From Octopus sinensis (lineage: Eukaryota), in NCBI RefSeq assembly GCF_006345805.1, contig NC_043003.1, positions 63,240,001 to 63,304,000 on the forward strand: a stretch of 64,000 bases of DNA, written 5' to 3'. Position numbers and translations under genes: made by a program. Shown piece by piece: positions 61,660 through 64,000 of this stretch (its first letter is position 1; every line of letters begins with the position of its first letter). A model generated the notes under the pieces. That model had not been told where the DNA came from. It was given only the letters and a program-made list of their open reading frames with translations, and did not search any database.

Positions 61660-62349
61660 TCTATATATAAAAAACTCAACTTGTGTGTCTGTGTGTGTAT
61701 CTGTGTATGTGTCTGTGTGTTTAACTTCCCGGCACATCTCCTCCTAGCCAACAAATCGTAGAACCACCAAAAATGGGTCACTTAAAGTTTAGGCGAATGA
61801 AAATTGAACTGCGCTATTTCTGTTCCAAAATTCATCTCGCAAGTGCAAAAATCGATAATGTGTTTGTTTAGGCCTTATCCCATGCATTGAATAGTGAACT
61901 TTACTCAGTCAGCTGTTTGACGTGAACTGTGTTCACCACGTGTGCAAGCATGCGTAAATTGCATGAAAAATAAAAAATCAAGATATAAAAATGAATCGCC
62001 GTAAACATTGTAGAAATTCGGCAAAGAAATGAATTTTCGGGATGTAGCCTAGAGGGTTTTTTCGTATTAATCGTTTGGACTTTGTGAACACATACCAATT
62101 GTTTTCATAACATTTTTAACGCTTTGAAGTAAATGTGACCATTTTGTGTTGAGTCGGCAGTTTGAATCACTTTAACCAAATTTTAGCAGGCCAGATGTTT
62201 TATCATCACGATATATTGCCAGTGACTCCCTGAAACTCTCCCCTGAAATCCCCGTTGAGAAATCTATTATATATATAATAATACTTTGAATGTGACTCCT
62301 GAGAAAGAGTAAAAGTAATTATCCGATGAACGATGGGTATTACTGCTAG
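61660..62349 (+). mobile_element. Non-autonomous Helitron-like element
   Basis: A|TCTATATATAAAAA...(TGTC/TG)n start; degenerate hairpin then TACTG-CTAG|T end; sits between A and T as Helitrons do. Confidence 0.65.
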
Positions 62350-62699
62350 TGATATATATATATATTTATGTGTATGCATATGTCTGTGTTTGTCACCTCC
62401 AAGGCTGGTGTGTCTACGTCCCTGTAACTTAGTGATTCACTAAAAGAGACCAATAGAAAAAGTACTAGGCTTACAAAGAATAAGTCCTGGAATCGATTTG
62501 CTCGACTAAAGGCAGTGCTCCACCATGGCTGTAGTCAAATGACTGAAACAAGTAAAAGAGTAAAAGAGAATATAAGAACTAAGGTTGATTTCTCTGATTA
62601 AACGCGTCAATCGGTGCCCCAGCATGACCACAGTCTAATGACTGCAACAGGAAGAGAGTAAAAAAAAGAGCAAAACTGTCATATAGTACTCATAGTAAC

Positions 62700-63050
62700 C
62701 CAACAAGGGTCCACTTAAGATATCCTTCAATGTGGAAGTAGAAAAATATAAAGCTGAAGTTACATCTCTCAACCCTTGGCAGCAGAACAAAAAGACAAAC
62801 AAAAAATCTAGATATACTGGTCGGAGAGCGAATAAATTCAAAGAGCATTATTTTAATTGTACTATCTCATTCAGATATATTACTAAAATAAATACCACAA
62901 AGCTGTCAAATTACTTATGGTAATTAAAAGTAAATGGAATAAATTTTGTCAGAGAGTGGAAAAAATTAGAAAGCGTAAAACCATATAAAACCAGAATTAA
63001 ATGGTTTGACTTCCATACAAACAGGAAAATAATCATCTTCTCAATGTTCA
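62700..63050 (+). mobile_element. Penelope-like GIY-YIG endonuclease remnant
   Basis: KYKAEVTS...RYTGRRANKFKEHYFNCTISFRY..KINTTKLSNYLW*LK..W.KLESVKPY resembles VYKA.VT..YIG.T...FK.RY.NH..SF....ST.LS.Y.W.LK...W.IL....PY. Confidence 0.75.
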
Positions 63051-63064
63051 TACATTGGGAAATC

Positions 63065-63398
63065 ATCATCATCATCATCATCATCATTGTGTAGCATCTG
63101 CTTTCCATGCTAGCAAGGGTTGGACGATTTGACTGAGGACTAGCAAACCAGATGGCTGCACCAGGCTCAAATCTGATCTGGCAGAGTGTCTACAGCTGGA
63201 TGCCCTTCCTAACGCCAACCACTCCGAGAGTGTAGTGGGTGCTTTTACGTGCCACCAGCATGAGGGCCAGTTAGGCGGTACTGGCAATGGCCATGCTCAA
63301 ATGGTGATTTTTACGTGCCATCGGCACAGGAGCAAGTCAAGCGGCGCTAGCAACGATCTAGCTTGAATGTCTTTTCATGTACCAGTAAGGCGACGCTG
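63065..63398 (-). mobile_element. SINE family C
   Basis: (CAT)n, CTACAGCTGGATGCCCTTCCTAACGCCAACCACTCCGAGAGTG. Confidence 0.85.
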
Positions 63399-63705
63399 CA
63401 ATTTTACTTTCTATAGTTAGGCACTCCACTTGGAACCTTTTTTTCATAATTTTCCCTATCCTTTTACCTATGTGTGTATGTGAGCATGTTTATATATACA
63501 TATATATTTTTTAATAATATATTATTATTAATATTAGGAAATCAATATCAAAACTCCTCAGAAAGATATACACATGTGAAAAATAATTTTTGTATTAAAA
63601 ATATATGAATAAATATAAATATGTATAAAAATATATGTAAATATGACTAAGTATAAATATATAATATATATGACAGTTTAAAAGTTTTTAATTAATTATT
63701 TAAAG

Positions 63706-63797
63706 CATCTTACGATTGTTTCACAGAAGAGTAGTCCCTATAATGAAATCCTATATTGATAAGCATTTATAGACAACGCTTCTGCTCTTCAGAGATA
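63706..63797 (-). ncRNA. Type I hammerhead ribozyme motif, conserved core intact
   Basis: UAUCU-CUGAAGA-GCAGAAG-(49 nt)-CUUCUGU-GAAAC-AAUC-GUA/AGAUG; only deviation is G10.1-U11.1 instead of G-C. Confidence 0.75.
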
Positions 63798-64000
63798 TAA
63801 AATTTGAATTCTGTATAACATATCGAATGATAATTTTTTTTAAATTTGAAGTAAAACTATAAAATGTTGTTTGTTTGAAAGATAAATTAAAAACTACTAC
63901 TTTTGATGAAAGTTTTTAATACAACAATTATTTTGCACACGTGTATATCATTCTGAGGAGTTTTGATATTGATTTCCTAATATTAATGATAATATATTAT

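Noticed and set aside
1-64000. CRISPR arrays, operons or other prokaryotic defence-type systems
   Set aside because: No regularly spaced repeat-spacer array and no gene-dense coding structure; the sequence is eukaryotic repeat-rich DNA.

Overview
AT-rich, microsatellite-dense eukaryotic genomic DNA. The repeat families point to a coleoid cephalopod, probably Octopus; this is my inference and was not database-checked. The window looks intronic or intergenic: I find no intact protein-coding gene, rRNA, bona fide tRNA or CRISPR array. Almost all ORFs in the track are simple-repeat read-throughs or decayed transposon fragments. Content: dozens of tRNA-headed SINEs in four families (labelled A-D here); decayed RTE, CR1/L2-like, R4/Dong-like and Penelope-like retroelement pieces; decayed Tigger, mariner and Tc1-like transposases; hAT and piggyBac-like MITEs; Helitron ends and one Helentron-type (HINE) element; and several long foldbacks. 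Two weak orphan exon candidates lie at 3206-3353 (-) and 32004-32140 (+). Most interesting: (1) at least six type-I hammerhead ribozyme motifs; five share a long stem II, a GAAAC-N4-GUA stem III and a GUA cleavage triplet, two retain all conserved core nucleotides (63706-63797, 59766-59893), and two form an inverted pair in a foldback; (2) a tRNA head joined to a hammerhead module with a twin-priming-like inversion, suggesting a Pol III, ribozyme-bearing SINE-like element; (3) a stack of at least four different R4/Dong-like retrotransposon 3' ends, all in one orientation and each abutting (TAA)n tracts. Hammerheads in Penelope-like elements and TAA targeting by Dong are known phenomena, so any novelty lies in these particular arrangements and is unverified. 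SINE and decayed-element boundaries are approximate (about +/-20 bp).
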